From positions 1-64,000 of IMG/VR virus record IMGVR_UViG_3300033545_000001: a stretch of DNA of 64,000 nucleotides; one strand, 5' to 3'. The translations under genes and the position numbers were made by a program. The notes below the pieces were generated by a model. That model did no database searches. It worked only from the letters and a program-made list of their open reading frames with translations, and was not told where the DNA came from. Every line of letters starts with the position of its first letter. The first letter of the stretch is position 1. Of this stretch, positions 11,686-23,174 are shown piece by piece. The stretch comes from a virus.

Positions 11686-12028
11686 CTACATCAATCCTTC
11701 GAAGCATGTAGTCCTCTTCAGCCACATCCTCATCAGAAAGACTAGAACGCTCCCACCCTCTATAGGCATCACTCCAGTAAAGCCATTTACCATCGAGTCG
11801 CTGATACATGGTGCGACTGTCCTCGCAGACGAAGAAACCGTCACTTACAGGATTGGCAATCTGCGTGATCTCAGCATCCCCAGGAATGACAATGTTTGGC
11901 TTTCCGGGACCAGGATCGATACGATGGATATTCATTGAAGGGCCGCCATCATAAATGTTATCAAACCACTTGGAACCTTCAGGAACAGTGAGTTTGAAAT
12001 TTACATCATAGGTCTTATCACTCATCAA
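11678..12028 (-). CDS. hypothetical protein with DGFF module
   Basis: IPGDAEITQIANPVSDGFFV...WLYWS. Confidence 0.65.
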   Translation of the reverse strand: MMSDKTYDVNFKLTVPEGSKWFDNIYDGGPSMNIHRIDPGPGKPNIVIPGDAEITQIANPVSDGFFVCEDSRTMYQRLDGKWLYWSDAYRGWERSSLSDEDVAEEDYMLRRIDVVV

Positions 12029-12067
12029 TGATCTCCGTCCAAATGCTCTTCAACCTTTGGATCCTTC

Positions 12068-12538
12068 TCAGCCATTTCCCAGCCTCCCTATTCTTAGAAA
12101 GCAGTCCTTGCTAATTCCCTCGTCACCATCTTGGAGGAACTTCCAGTCTCCGTGGGGCACACTCCAATAGTACCATACGGCTCCGGTCCGTGTAAACACT
12201 TCCCCAGTGCGCTTGTTGAAGTAGTAACCGTCAGGCAGCTCGGGGGGCTTTGGAGGGTCAGGGATCTCCAACTTAACAACGTCGCTCTGCTTTGCTGAGA
12301 ATCTGGCAGCATCAAGCGAATGAATACGATCGTTGTACCATAGGTATCCTAGAGTGACTTCCCCGGAGTTCGTGCGAAAGTCCTGAACCTGGCAGACTGT
12401 GCCATAAAGCGTTCCTGTTGGTCCTCCAAGGTAGTCGCCGTAGTAGACAACCCAATCTCCTTCAGCGTAAGACATTACCACACATCCTCTTTCTTGTAGG
12501 TCTCGTAGTGTTTGTAACGGAGTGGCGCTATGGTCCAA
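12068..12538 (-). CDS. hypothetical protein with DGYY module
   Basis: LPDGYYFNKRTG...WYYWS; start probably 12475. Confidence 0.6.
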   Translation of the reverse strand: MDHSATPLQTLRDLQERGCVVMSYAEGDWVVYYGDYLGGPTGTLYGTVCQVQDFRTNSGEVTLGYLWYNDRIHSLDAARFSAKQSDVVKLEIPDPPKPPELPDGYYFNKRTGEVFTRTGAVWYYWSVPHGDWKFLQDGDEGISKDCFLRIGRLGNG

Positions 12539-14095
12539 TACTTGCCAGCCTTATAGGCTTCTTGTGCATCAATCCAGCAATCATCCCACTGGACTTCAGA
12601 GAAACCATACTCGTCATACTGACTCTCTGTCAAGCCCTTCTTGTAGCGGAGGCTCAAGGACTTTGTATAAACACCATTATCTAAAGCAACGTGCAGGTCA
12701 ACCCAACCGCCGTTGACCTGCACTTCACAGTTACTCATATTGAGTTAGTTCTCCGTGTAACGGTAGCGCCACTGAATCGGGTCCTTGAGCAGCGAAATAC
12801 CCTTGTCCGACACGACAGCCTCACCACGTCCCTGATCCCAGAGAGTCAGAACCGACTTTGCCAGGCTGACAGAGCATGTACGGTCGAGATCCTGTCGCAG
12901 AAGCACAGTCGCCTGACGGATATCCGTCGCAGGCTCCGTGATCTCCTCTACCCAAGTCTTGCCGTAGTCGTTCGAGCCCTCGATAGTGAAGAAACCCATT
13001 TTATTCTCCCGTCTCTGCGTTGGTCAGTGGTATTACCATACCATGCACATCAAGCTGAGTCAACTGGTCAGACCTTCTCAGACTCGTCCGACTCCTTACC
13101 GTAACGGACATCGTAGAACTTGTTCAGAAGGTTCTCCAGGGGAGCCACGAACGCCAGTGCAGTGACATCGGAAGTCAGACCGGCAATCACAGTATCCTCA
13201 ATGGCCACCTCAAGAGAGGCAATCGTCAGAGCGATCTCGTCCAGCGTCAGCGTAACAGGGTAGTCATTCTCGTTCTCAGTCATTGTATTGCCCCTTTTCT
13301 TGGTTGGTTAGCGTGACTTGATGATAGCAGACATCGGGGAGCCGTTCCACTGACGGCCGCGCTCCTCAGTCTTTGGGTCAGTGCTGAAGTAGTGCGTTTG
13401 GTAGCCTTCCTGAGCTACCAGGATACTCACCTTACCAGAAGGAGTCTCAAAGCGCCAGACCTCCTTAAGGGAATCGCCTTCATCGTGGCTTCCTGAGCGA
13501 GAGTAGCTGATCTCGCCTAGACTGTCCTTGGTTACCTCGTGGCTGAAGTTCATAGTTCCACCTTATCGCTGGTTCCGGCTGGTGTCAAGCGTCTTTACCA
13601 AGTTGTTACTCGCCGTAGTTCTCAGCCATGATTCCGAGGAACCGAAGCTGAATAACAATCGCGTGCAAGTCGAGAGGCTGGATAAGAATGGACTGAAGGA
13701 AGATCAGGAAGTTCATGAAATTCTCCTTATCACCAGAATTGATAGTTGCTAATGCCTGTAGTCTCGCACACAAACTTGTTGGCGTCAAGCTTAGCTTTGG
13801 CCAACGAGGTCGAAGTGTCCTTAATGTAGGAAACCTCATGCTTGAACCAGAATCTTCTAGTCTGATACAGAGTGACCTCCCACCAGTAGTAAGACCTGTA
13901 TCTATTAATGCCTAGGTTGCCCTTGATTATCCACTTGGGATTATAAGCCATAGTCAGTAGTACCTAATGAGACTGAGAAATACAATGAGAATGCACATGA
14001 AGATAATTCCTATATCGAATCCCTGAAGCATGGCGATATCCACCTGATGCTGAGTGTAAGTCTTAGGAACTGCGGTGGAAGCTGTGTATTCCATA

Positions 14096-14461
14096 TTACT
14101 CTCTCCAAACTGGAATAGATCCCTTGAGATTAGCCGCACATTGGTCACGGCTGAAGCTGTTCAGGTACAGGTCATCACGGACTTGATAGTGAGAGATCTT
14201 GAAGCCAGCAGTCTTCATCTGATCTTCGTAGCCCTTGAACCACTTACGCAGCTTCTTCAGGCTAGGACACCCGCACTTGTAATCTGCTGTCTCCACCCAT
14301 CGTAGCTCATGCTTGGCTACGATGTCAACATTCCAAGTGGGGCGACTTCGAGCGTGGTCGCTGTACATGTCCTTGAAGATTCGATCTTCGGGAGGGACGT
14401 TCCTACAGACTTCATAAGGTCCCTGGCCAGCGTCATTCTCATAACGCCAAAGATCTTTCAT
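14096..14461 (-). CDS. hypothetical protein, tandem paralog
   Basis: WRYE...GQGPY...GCPS...WF motif shared with 14439-14834. Confidence 0.7.
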   Translation of the reverse strand: MKDLWRYENDAGQGPYEVCRNVPPEDRIFKDMYSDHARSRPTWNVDIVAKHELRWVETADYKCGCPSLKKLRKWFKGYEDQMKTAGFKISHYQVRDDLYLNSFSRDQCAANLKGSIPVWRE

Positions 14462-14834
14462 GGATAACTCCTCTCACTGATCCTTTAAGGAAAGCAACCT
14501 GAGTTCTACTATACCCTACTTCCACCCGCTCATGGGGGATTCTGTAGGTAACGATTTGGAATCCCCCAGCGAGTAGGTCACGGTGAAAGCCATCGAACCA
14601 ATTCATCAGAAGCTCTCTAGAGGGGCAGCCAGCCACGTAATCGCTGTTGATGCACCAATGCAGTTCATCATTCTCCCACGAGGGGCGAGAACCGTCTCCA
14701 TGAGCCCCGGACATGGTAATACAGCCGTTCCAGTAGCGCCAAGAGGCATAGGGACCTTGACCCTCCGCATCTTCATAGCGCCATACCGTGACCCTCATTG
14801 GAAACCTCCTAACACTCAGGACTTTTAGGAACAA
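14439..14834 (-). CDS. hypothetical protein, tandem paralog
   Basis: WRYEDAEGQGPY...GCPSRELLMNWF. Confidence 0.7.
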   Translation of the reverse strand: MFLKVLSVRRFPMRVTVWRYEDAEGQGPYASWRYWNGCITMSGAHGDGSRPSWENDELHWCINSDYVAGCPSRELLMNWFDGFHRDLLAGGFQIVTYRIPHERVEVGYSRTQVAFLKGSVRGVIHERSLAL

Positions 14835-15069
14835 CAGCTATCGTGAAACCTTCGTCGTATCCGTCAATGAAGCTGTAGTATATCAGAGTGGAACCATCGC
14901 ACATCTTTTCTATAGATGTTTTATCTGGACCCTTTAATACTACAACAGCACCTTTTGCGGGATTGGTTGGCGGAACTGATGAGGCTGGAGCTGATGAAGA
15001 AGAACATCCCGCAAGACACATTGCGAATGTCACAGTTCCAACAATGGTAGCCTTGACACCAGTACGCAT
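14809..15069 (-). CDS. putative lipoprotein
   Basis: Signal peptide with a LAGC lipobox followed by a Ser-rich linker. Confidence 0.65.
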   Translation of the reverse strand: MRTGVKATIVGTVTFAMCLAGCSSSSAPASSVPPTNPAKGAVVVLKGPDKTSIEKMCDGSTLIYYSFIDGYDEGFTIAVVPKSPEC

Positions 15070-15372
15070 CAGATTTCCTTTACCTCTACCCTGCGGAAAT
15101 CCTTATAGAACTCTTCAGGGCTATCACCATTCGTGTACTCCTTGATGTCTTGAACACTCCAGTAATTGATTGAAGTATTGATATCTTCGAGAACGTCAAA
15201 GATACGCACATAGTGGCCAGGAACAGCAATTACTTTCTTCTTGAGCGTCACAATCAGCTCCCACTCATCGAGATCGAAGAATTCTGCGCCGTCACTGCCA
15301 ATACTGCCGACTCGAACAGCAGTCTCAATCCCTGACTTCAGAAGGTATTGGGGATTCTTAAACACTTTAACT

Positions 15373-15744
15373 TCAGGCATTCTTATTCTCCACTCTAATA
15401 GTCTTTTCGAATAGATCAATTACTTCGCTGACGAGAGATTCGTCACTGTAAACCCACAGCATAGCTCCTTCGTAATAGGCCGCCCGCCGATGGCTTTCCT
15501 TAAAATCAATGGGAATCTGTCTCTTCAGAGCATTGTCAGCGTTCTTATAATTGTCATAAGGCCAATTGTCAAATTCAGGATCACTATCCGATAGATGATT
15601 GTCATAGCCCATCGCAACACGCAGAGCGCCGTAGACGCATACGCAGCCGTTCTCATCCTCCAGCTGTCCGCGAGCCAGTCCACGCGTCTTAATGACAGTG
15701 AGAGCCTTCTCCAGCACGTCTACAGTTGAAACTTCATCAAACAT
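15373..15744 (-). CDS. DUF6197-like phage protein
   Basis: GLARG...CVCVYGALRVA. Confidence 0.55.
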   Translation of the reverse strand: MFDEVSTVDVLEKALTVIKTRGLARGQLEDENGCVCVYGALRVAMGYDNHLSDSDPEFDNWPYDNYKNADNALKRQIPIDFKESHRRAAYYEGAMLWVYSDESLVSEVIDLFEKTIRVENKNA

Positions 15745-16388
15745 CAGCAGCCTCCGTAGCATTCGGCAGTGGTCCAGTAAAGCCCTTCCAGTATCTCAAC
15801 AGCGGCCTGCTCTGTCAAGCCCAACTGAAGAAGCTTGTAGCCGACCGTTAGGTACTCGATTTCAGCACGGTACTTGTAAAAGCCCTCTTCTCCAGGTATT
15901 GATTTGATCAAAGCCTGGAACTTCTCGTCGTTCATATAAACCTCCGATGAATGAGACGAGGGAGCGTCATATGACGCTCCCTCTAAGATGTTAAGCCTCG
16001 ATAATGGACCTGAAGTTTTTAGGAGTCAGGTTTGGAAAGCCCTTCTCAAACTTCTCAAGAGTACTGCTGGCTATATCAGAGGACATTACATTCTTATCAC
16101 AGTCCCAGCTAGTGAACTCATAAAGAATGTAGTCCGTCCCATTGGCAGCTGTCACTCGTGCTCGGACAAGAGCACGTGAGTGGAGGCCACTGGTGTAATA
16201 CTCACCAGACTTAGGGTTGAAATAGGATTTTAGAGAGGTCTCAGGATACGTCTCACGACCGCCATCATCCCCTTCTAGCCAGTACTCAACATTCGGACCG
16301 TTGGTGTTGATACCCTTCACCACAAGAATATCACTGTCTGTGAAGTAAGAAGTCGTAACACGCTGATCAAGTTTAAACTTAGGAATCA

Positions 16389-16754
16389 TTAACCATTTCC
16401 AATCCAGAAAGTAGTAGAGCCGAGATTGATCTCAGTCCAATCATACTGCATATCTTCGGCAACACGCTGCCAATCCATGCAGTAGTAGGGGAAAGTGTTA
16501 GTGTCGATATCGAAAATCTCGGACACCTCATCTTCTGCGTACTGTTCGAAATAGGCGTCGTTCACTAGAGTAACGCCGTACTCCCAATCAGAGACGTAAG
16601 ACTCGGCCTCTTCGGCAAAAGCCTTGAGGTCAGCGAGTTCCTCATCCTCTAGACCAGTACGGCCCTCATCACCCAACTCCTCAAGCTCATCGATACGCTC
16701 AGTGATCTCAGTGCTGGAAATGGTGTCACGGTACTCGAAGTCATTCAGGGACAT
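16389..16754 (-). CDS. highly acidic protein, possible ArdA-like DNA mimic
   Basis: Very D/E-rich; YCMDWQRVAEDMQYDW resembles the ArdA C-terminal YIDW...ARD pattern. Confidence 0.4.
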   Translation of the reverse strand: MSLNDFEYRDTISSTEITERIDELEELGDEGRTGLEDEELADLKAFAEEAESYVSDWEYGVTLVNDAYFEQYAEDEVSEIFDIDTNTFPYYCMDWQRVAEDMQYDWTEINLGSTTFWIGNG

Positions 16755-16757
16755 ATG

Positions 16758-17168
16758 TCAGCCTCCAAAGTTGTAATTGATAACGGACTCCCAGTGCTCG
16801 GCAAGATACTGCCCGAGCTTGAAAACTTCCTCATCTGAAATACTGCCAGACATCACCGTATCGTACAAGAGGTGAAACTGGTAACTTGGGTCTAGGAGCG
16901 CTTGCGGCATCGTCCGGTACTCTAGCGCCAGACGTAGCATGCGAGGCTCTACAGCCCCCATCCCAGCCGCTTCTAGAGGGTACTCCAGGGACAGCCAGTC
17001 CGCAACTGCGTCAAAGAAATCGAGGAAGTTGAGGCTGTCGTCTGAATAGAGCATGTCATGCAGCATCGGGTGAAGTTCTCCGCCATCCATCATGTTTCCA
17101 ACCCTACCATTCACAGTCGTTGCTGTCAAATAGCCCTGCAAGGTACTCTGCGAACTTGAGAACTTCAT
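16758..17168 (-). CDS. hypothetical protein, paralog of 17104-17445
   Basis: A.DWL...Y...LY..V....[ST].[DE]EV.K...YLA shared; start probably about 17093. Confidence 0.55.
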   Translation of the reverse strand: MKFSSSQSTLQGYLTATTVNGRVGNMMDGGELHPMLHDMLYSDDSLNFLDFFDAVADWLSLEYPLEAAGMGAVEPRMLRLALEYRTMPQALLDPSYQFHLLYDTVMSGSISDEEVFKLGQYLAEHWESVINYNFGG

Positions 17169-17461
17169 CCTCAGTCAGGTTGCTTGCCCTCACATAATCG
17201 TACACGGCCAAGAGAGGGTACGCTTTGGGGTCTGGAGTACTTGCCAACTCTCTAGGGTATGAGAGTGAGGCTTTGATTCTGTGAGAGTCTCCAGTATAAG
17301 GTTTTGATGCTTCATAATAAAGCCAGTCGATAGCTGCATTATACCAATATTGCTCGAATCCTTCATACCACAGCTGTCCTGAGATCATCAGCCTCAGTCC
17401 TAGATGAACCTCTGTAATCTCCATGCCTCCATAGTAGCACGTCAAAGCCTTAGCGCAAGAC

Positions 17462-17490
17462 TTGACATCCTTGGAAAGGTGTGGTAGTCT
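17462..17490 (+). promoter_or_regulatory. sigma70/HrdB-type promoter, divergent from a minus-strand promoter
   Basis: TTGACA-N17-TAGTCT. Confidence 0.7.
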
Positions 17491-17532
17491 TATGTCATCG
17501 ATACTTGTGTCGATAGATATATTGTACTTCTC

Positions 17533-17626
17533 AGGCTGGACCCTGATACGCTTTCGTAGTGCTCTCTAAGCAAAACAAAGTAGAGCGGTCCAGACTACAG
17601 AAGCGCATCAGGGTTCAGTCTTTTTT
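17533..17626 (+). terminator. long hairpin with U-tract (terminator or attenuator)
   Basis: AGGCTGGACCCTGAT/ATCAGGGTTCAGTCT 15-bp stem with 2 G-U pairs, inner stems, then a T-run. Confidence 0.55.
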
Positions 17627-17674
17627 ATTGCCCTTTATAATTTAAAATAGCATGACGAGCTTTAACGTTCAGGA

Positions 17675-17840
17675 CGGCTTAGCCTGGTCTCAGCGAGACG
17701 AAAGAATGTGCTGGTATGGCCTCAGGGGGCGACCAGCCCCGGAAAACCTCGTAATCCAGCAGGAAATCCGGATGCGCATCCTACCTTCTCAGAGACTTGT
17801 CTCCGTGGGGGTAGGGGGCGCATTCCATTTCCTGACACCA
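17675..17840 (+). ncRNA. candidate novel structured RNA, copy A
   Basis: Conserved blocks and compensatory stems shared with 38999-39212 (minus). Confidence 0.6.
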
Positions 17841-18242
17841 GAGGGGAAAAGCGTTGTTAGTATTAAGGTTTAAGTATTAAGATCTAAGGAGAGGTATGCC
17901 CTGATGGGGTTGACCAGAGAGTTTATTACAGAGGTAACCGACTGTCCTGTGTGCGGTCAGCCTAAGGGTACCTCTTGCTCTGAGAAGGATGGGACGTTCA
18001 GGCAGAAGAACCATTTTGAGAGAATGCATAAAGCCCAAATGGAGAACCTGGATGTAGCTAATAGCTGGAAAACTGACTACATGCCTTCTTGGAAGGTTGT
18101 CAAAGAGCATAGTAGCTGTCCTGAGTGTGCCGCTGAGAAGGGGCAGCCCTGTATCGGTGTTGAAGGTATTCATAGAGCGCGTAGAGAAATGTTTTTAGTA
18201 CTCAAGACGATTAAACATATGGGTCAATGAAAGGAATTAGAT

Positions 18243-18530
18243 ATGGCCGGAACTAATTTTGTGGGCAATGTGACCATTGCAGCGGGGGCGACAGTCAATC
18301 TGTTCACAGCCGCAAACGGTGGGACAGCGGTACCGGGAGTGTTCTCATTTTCCGGCGTCAATAACGAGGGTGGTCTATATCAGGTCAACTCGGCTACTCC
18401 TAACACAGGTGATCCCTCATGGCCGCTGACTGATGTCGCTTCACTGAATACGGGAACGGCTCCATTCTATGTGGAGAACCAAACGTCCGCGTCCGTGACT
18501 TTCCTAGTCAGATTTGTGAGTAATGCATGA
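18243..18530 (+). CDS. hypothetical beta-rich protein
   Basis: ORF with an AAAGGA RBS. Confidence 0.6.
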   Translation: MAGTNFVGNVTIAAGATVNLFTAANGGTAVPGVFSFSGVNNEGGLYQVNSATPNTGDPSWPLTDVASLNTGTAPFYVENQTSASVTFLVRFVSNA

Positions 18531-18793
18531 GTTACAAGAAGTTTCATGACAGAGCCATAGAGCTTGTATACGCATACACTACAGCAGCCGGATTCGGCTC
18601 TGGTAAATTGGCTATAGAGGATGTAACCATTGTATGGTTTGCCAAAACATTGCAGAATTGGAAGGCTCTGGTAATAACCTACACTCCAGATAGCATGTAC
18701 TACGAAGTCACGTACAATGGAGACAGAGGCGAAACCTATATTGATGCGTACAAGAAATTCGACAATGTTTGTGTGCGGGATGATGAGAGATGA
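18527..18793 (+). CDS. DUF6275-like phage protein
   Basis: IVWFAKTLQNWKALV...YYEVTYNGDRGETYIDAYKKFDN. Confidence 0.75.
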   Translation: MSYKKFHDRAIELVYAYTTAAGFGSGKLAIEDVTIVWFAKTLQNWKALVITYTPDSMYYEVTYNGDRGETYIDAYKKFDNVCVRDDER

Positions 18794-19422
18794 TGTAAAT
18801 ATCCCCGGCACTTATGCGACACTGAGTTCCAATACATCAGGTCAGATAAGTGCCGGGGATTTACTATTCAGGGAGTATGGTTGGATGAGATCCAGAATTT
18901 TCAATCCACGCCTAGAACCGAGACACCTGGAAAAGCAGACGACTCCGAGTGGGAAGATCCTCATATGGGATAGTACTGTCGGAGAGTGGTTTAATTGGGA
19001 AAACAAGGGTACTGGGGATAGTGCGGAGTCTCTAGACTCCGAGTGTCCTATAGAGGGCAGTCTTACCCAACAGTAACTTAAGATCCATTCTAAGAAGATG
19101 ATCATATGACTCCGACAGCAGTAGCTGTTATAGTACTATGCGCAATTACCATGTATCTAGCTGCCACTGTTCAGCAGTATGTATTTGACCGCAGACGTGA
19201 TGCTAAAGACTTTCTTGAATTGACTAAAGCTCTTTCCGATTCGAAGGGCGTTATCGTGATGCCTTCCTCTTCTGAGGTTACCGATCTCACCAAAGCCATT
19301 CACGAGAGCTCAGAGAACGGTAAAGACCAAGCAGCCAAAAATGGTAAGCCTTAGAAAGCTCACAGAGCCAGCGTGACAGCCTTGCAGGAGAGTTATGGGC
19401 ACGAGTGGCTAGAAGCACGGCA

Positions 19423-19451
19423 AAAGCCCCACAGGGACTCTGTGGGGCTTT
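19423..19451. terminator. bidirectional terminator between convergent genes
   Basis: AAAGCCCCACAG-GGACT-CTGTGGGGCTTT. Confidence 0.7.
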
Positions 19452-19945
19452 CTTATGCCTGACTCTCAGTCTTCCTCAACTACGCGAATATTTTCAATCT
19501 CGTTGTTTCCGCCCCTGCTGATCAGATTCAGCTTGTCGGCAACATCCTCAATGGAGTTCCCTGTCACAGTAACAGTGTGAGGCTCTCCACGACTGTTCTT
19601 ACCGTGAACTCTGGTTACTTCAGCCTGGACCTGTACCTTTTCGTCTCTGTCTTTCTTACCCATTTTCCCACCACTTCCAACTGTCTGCGTCCCCATCCTT
19701 GGCGAATACTGAGGCATAGACACGACGTGCGTTAAGGGGTGCCTCATCGTTTAGATTGCGGATACGGCGCTCAGGAACGTTAGCGCCCTCCAGAGCCTCT
19801 AGAATGCGTCCTAAGGGCTCTCCATGAAAGGTCAACGCTCCCGCGACATGTGCTAGCAGGAGTTCCTTAAGATACCCCGCCTCATCTGCATCTAGATTCA
19901 GGCGGAATCCCGGCTTTACCGGCTGTACTCTCCAAGCTTCAGCCA

Positions 19946-20356
19946 TCAGTTCCCCTCACTTTCGAATTCCATATCGTAAAGTCTATCTGTCACATCGCAC
20001 GCCTTGAGGAAAGTTATGTCCCCAATGCTTTCTGCGCATCCCATAGCTCTTAGGATAGTGTCACGCTCAGCAATGGATAGCATGACTGGCTGACGTTCGG
20101 TCCAATTATCATAGAGCCATTCCACAAAGGCCGGAATGTTATCGTCCTGGTAGTAAGTGTCAAGCTTAGAGTGCTTGAGGACCGTCTTGGAAAGGTCCGG
20201 ACGGACACGATCAATAGCATTCGCGTATGTCTGACCGTTTCGCCAGCTGGGAAAAGCTGATTGAAGATTCCCGCAGTAGATCCAGAAATCGTCAATCTCC
20301 TTCACAGAGATACGCTCATTAGACAGGTATGTCTTCCTTACATCATCCCAGCTCAT
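19946..20356 (-). CDS. hypothetical protein, paralog of 10117-10338
   Basis: WRNGQTYANAIDRVRPDL...DTYYQDDNIPAFVEWL. Confidence 0.65.
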   Translation of the reverse strand: MSWDDVRKTYLSNERISVKEIDDFWIYCGNLQSAFPSWRNGQTYANAIDRVRPDLSKTVLKHSKLDTYYQDDNIPAFVEWLYDNWTERQPVMLSIAERDTILRAMGCAESIGDITFLKACDVTDRLYDMEFESEGN

Positions 20357-23174
20357 GATCAGTCCTCGTCCTCATCGTAATAACCGTAATCGTCGTACTG
20401 GTGATCGATGCAGTCGTTACGGCCATCCTCATAGCCAGCCGTCCAATAAGCCATCTCGGGATCAGAGAGGCCAGACGGACGTTGGGGAGTGTCATAGAGG
20501 CACTCAGGAGCGTAGGCCAGAGCGAAATTCGCGTGGTCATATCCAGCGTTCCAGCCCTTGTCTCCAAGGTCATCGAGGTAGTCACGAGTATTGTTTCCCT
20601 GCTGCGTCGTCATGTCTTTATCCTCTCACTTAGTACAGTGAATGTCAAGCGTAGATGCCGAGTCGCTTAGCGGATTCCAGGAAGGTTGCAAGTGTGAGTG
20701 ATCTTCATGATTCCCCTTCCGTCGTTCCTGCTGTGACTTCAGTCTCTCACGACAAAGGGCAGGGTGTCAACCACCCTGCCCAAGATCTTTTACTTGTGGC
20801 TCCACTTCGTGACGCTCTCTACTACTACAGGCACAGGATTCTTATCGTTCTCGCCTTGAACGTGGACGATGAACTCTCCTCCTGACGTCACGCGCTTCTC
20901 TTCTCCGTCAACCTTTACCCACTCGCCAGCATTGAACTTGTCATGAGAGCCCATTTGTATTACCTCTTTCACTGATAGTGTATTGGCTGTAATCCTAGCC
21001 ATTTATCCTTATGAGGACGACCTGTCTCCGACCATTCTGCAAATGCAATTCCTCCATCAGGCATAAGCAATTGCCCGTTGGTCCATGAGAACTGTAGATA
21101 GCCTGGAACTAGAGTCCATTTCTTGCCGCATTCATTGCACTCGATAATAGCGCCTAGCCTGTATTCAGGTTGCTTATGCCTATGATAAGGCAACTCGCAC
21201 TCATGAGTCTCAGCAGTCGGAGGGCCGTTAGGCCTAGGATCGGGATTACTTACTGTCTTTACTTTTGGTTCAGGCGTCTCAGTGGGGATTGTATCATTAA
21301 CAACTTTCTTTTTAAATAGTCCCATTCCTTTCCTTCTTACTGTGTCGGCATGGAGCAAGAGGCAGCGATAGCATTCACTACCTCATACCCTTCCGCCTGA
21401 GCTAGCTTACAAGCCTCTCGTTCGGCCGTCTCAGGCCTGAGAGAACGTATGGTGTACTTCTGTAGGCGGATCCATGGCCATGGCCACTTAGAGCGCGCTA
21501 CAGCGACCACAACAACCCAATCCAGTTCCACTACAGCACCAGCCCATCTAAGGCGTGTAGACAGGCCATAGGCACGTTCACGGTACCGCGAGAGCCCATG
21601 TCCAACCATGCTGAATGGCCGCTGCTGCTCATCTTCAATAGCCGAAACTCAGTATCAGGGGAAACCTTCCACCAGTCGGCATAGAATGAATAGAACTTCA
21701 CTCTCATTCGGCATTCCCTTCCAGGCTCTCAGCATAGCGTTTCTGAGCTATCTCATCGATAGCATCATACCATCCGGTGAGATAAGCATCCCAGTCAGCC
21801 AGAGAGTCAAACCAATGACTCTCACGCGGCTCAATGCTAATATCTCCGGAATAAGCAGCGCCGTAACCTTCCTGCTTACCCAGTTCGTAAGGAGTGTCCA
21901 TTAGTCCTCATCCTCTTCAACATTCTTAAGAGCGTGCATCACAACGCCATGATTAACAGCTACCATGGCATGTTCAAGAGAGGCACGCGGAATGACCATA
22001 ATGGTAGCCTTATCTCCTGCCTCTTCACACATTTCCGCTGCCAGCCTCTCAGCGTCGTTGTGATCCATCCAAGCAGGGGAGGGAGTGCCCTTGAAAACAA
22101 GGTAGCACTTTTCATCAGTCATAAGATCCTCAAATTTGAATGCCATTGTCATTCCCCTTTCTTTTGTGGAGCGGTATTCAGAGTTTCGAACTCTCATCCC
22201 AGTACTAGAATGCGTCCCAAGTGATTCACCAAGATGGTACTATCTTGGTTTAACCTTGACTGGAATACCGACTGGGTAGGCTCTCCCTAGTTTGCAGAAT
22301 CTGCCGTCCAGCTCAATGACTGGCATCACCCGAGGAGTATTATCTGATTCTTGGCCTTTACTGCATTTCTAACGGACTAGCTCAATGAATTCAGCGAAGT
22401 AGTATTCTACCTCTTGCAATCCCGCTGAATGCCCGTGTTCCCATGCCAGGTGAGACAGGAGTGAGTATTTCGGATGTTCCGGAGAGATATCATACTCCTC
22501 GCATAGATCAGACCAGAACAGTTGGAGCAAACGCCCTTCCTCAGCGTCATACTCCCGACGCATCTCTGTCGCACTCTCCATTCCCCTGCTAGGAAATGGC
22601 TTTGAATTCTTGTATTTCGAATAGTCCATTACGCCACCATTTCCATCAGCCAGTGTGCCACGGTCCGGAAGGAACGCGCGTCAATCGACCAGTCAGGCAC
22701 TCCGCTTTGCAAGTCGAGTCCGTCCCGAGAGCAACTCTCATAGCCCGTTCCGACCAGCGTAGAGACGTAGTATGACGCTCCGAAATATTGACCGTTGGGA
22801 GTAAAGTCAAAACGCCGGTCATAGAACTTGACGAGAGGCTTACCGTTGTCGGCATCATGCGTCAGCAGTGCGCGAAAGGAAACACCATTGACCGCAATGA
22901 AATCATAAATCTCATCCATTGTATTACCGTCCTTTTCTTTAGGCAATTGAACCGGGGAAGGTAATTCAGTTAGTCCTGATCGGCCCAAGCATCGAACACG
23001 AAACCCTCACTTTTGAGGCTGTCCGCAATCCTCTCTGCGAGTGTCTGAGTAGGAATGTCGCAGATGAACACATACGCTTCCCCTTCCGGCTGCTGCGGCT
23101 CTATGAGAAAGTAAACGGTCCACATAGTGTGTCCTCTCTACCTTTGAGAGCCTCTCTCAGGCTCTCAGAGCACG

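Noticed and set aside
17675-17840. The element as tmRNA, RNase P RNA, hammerhead or SRP RNA
   Set aside because: No T-arm/GGGGCTGA ends, no GAGGAAAGTCC, no CTGANGA core, no SRP loop; CGGCTTA and GAAA alone are insufficient
17652-17873. ORFs 17652-17873 (+) and 38956-39144 (-) share the peptide GVGGAFHFL
   Set aside because: The similarity follows the nucleotide-level hairpin, upstream conserved blocks are read in different frames, and no RBS is evident, so it is a by-product of the structured element
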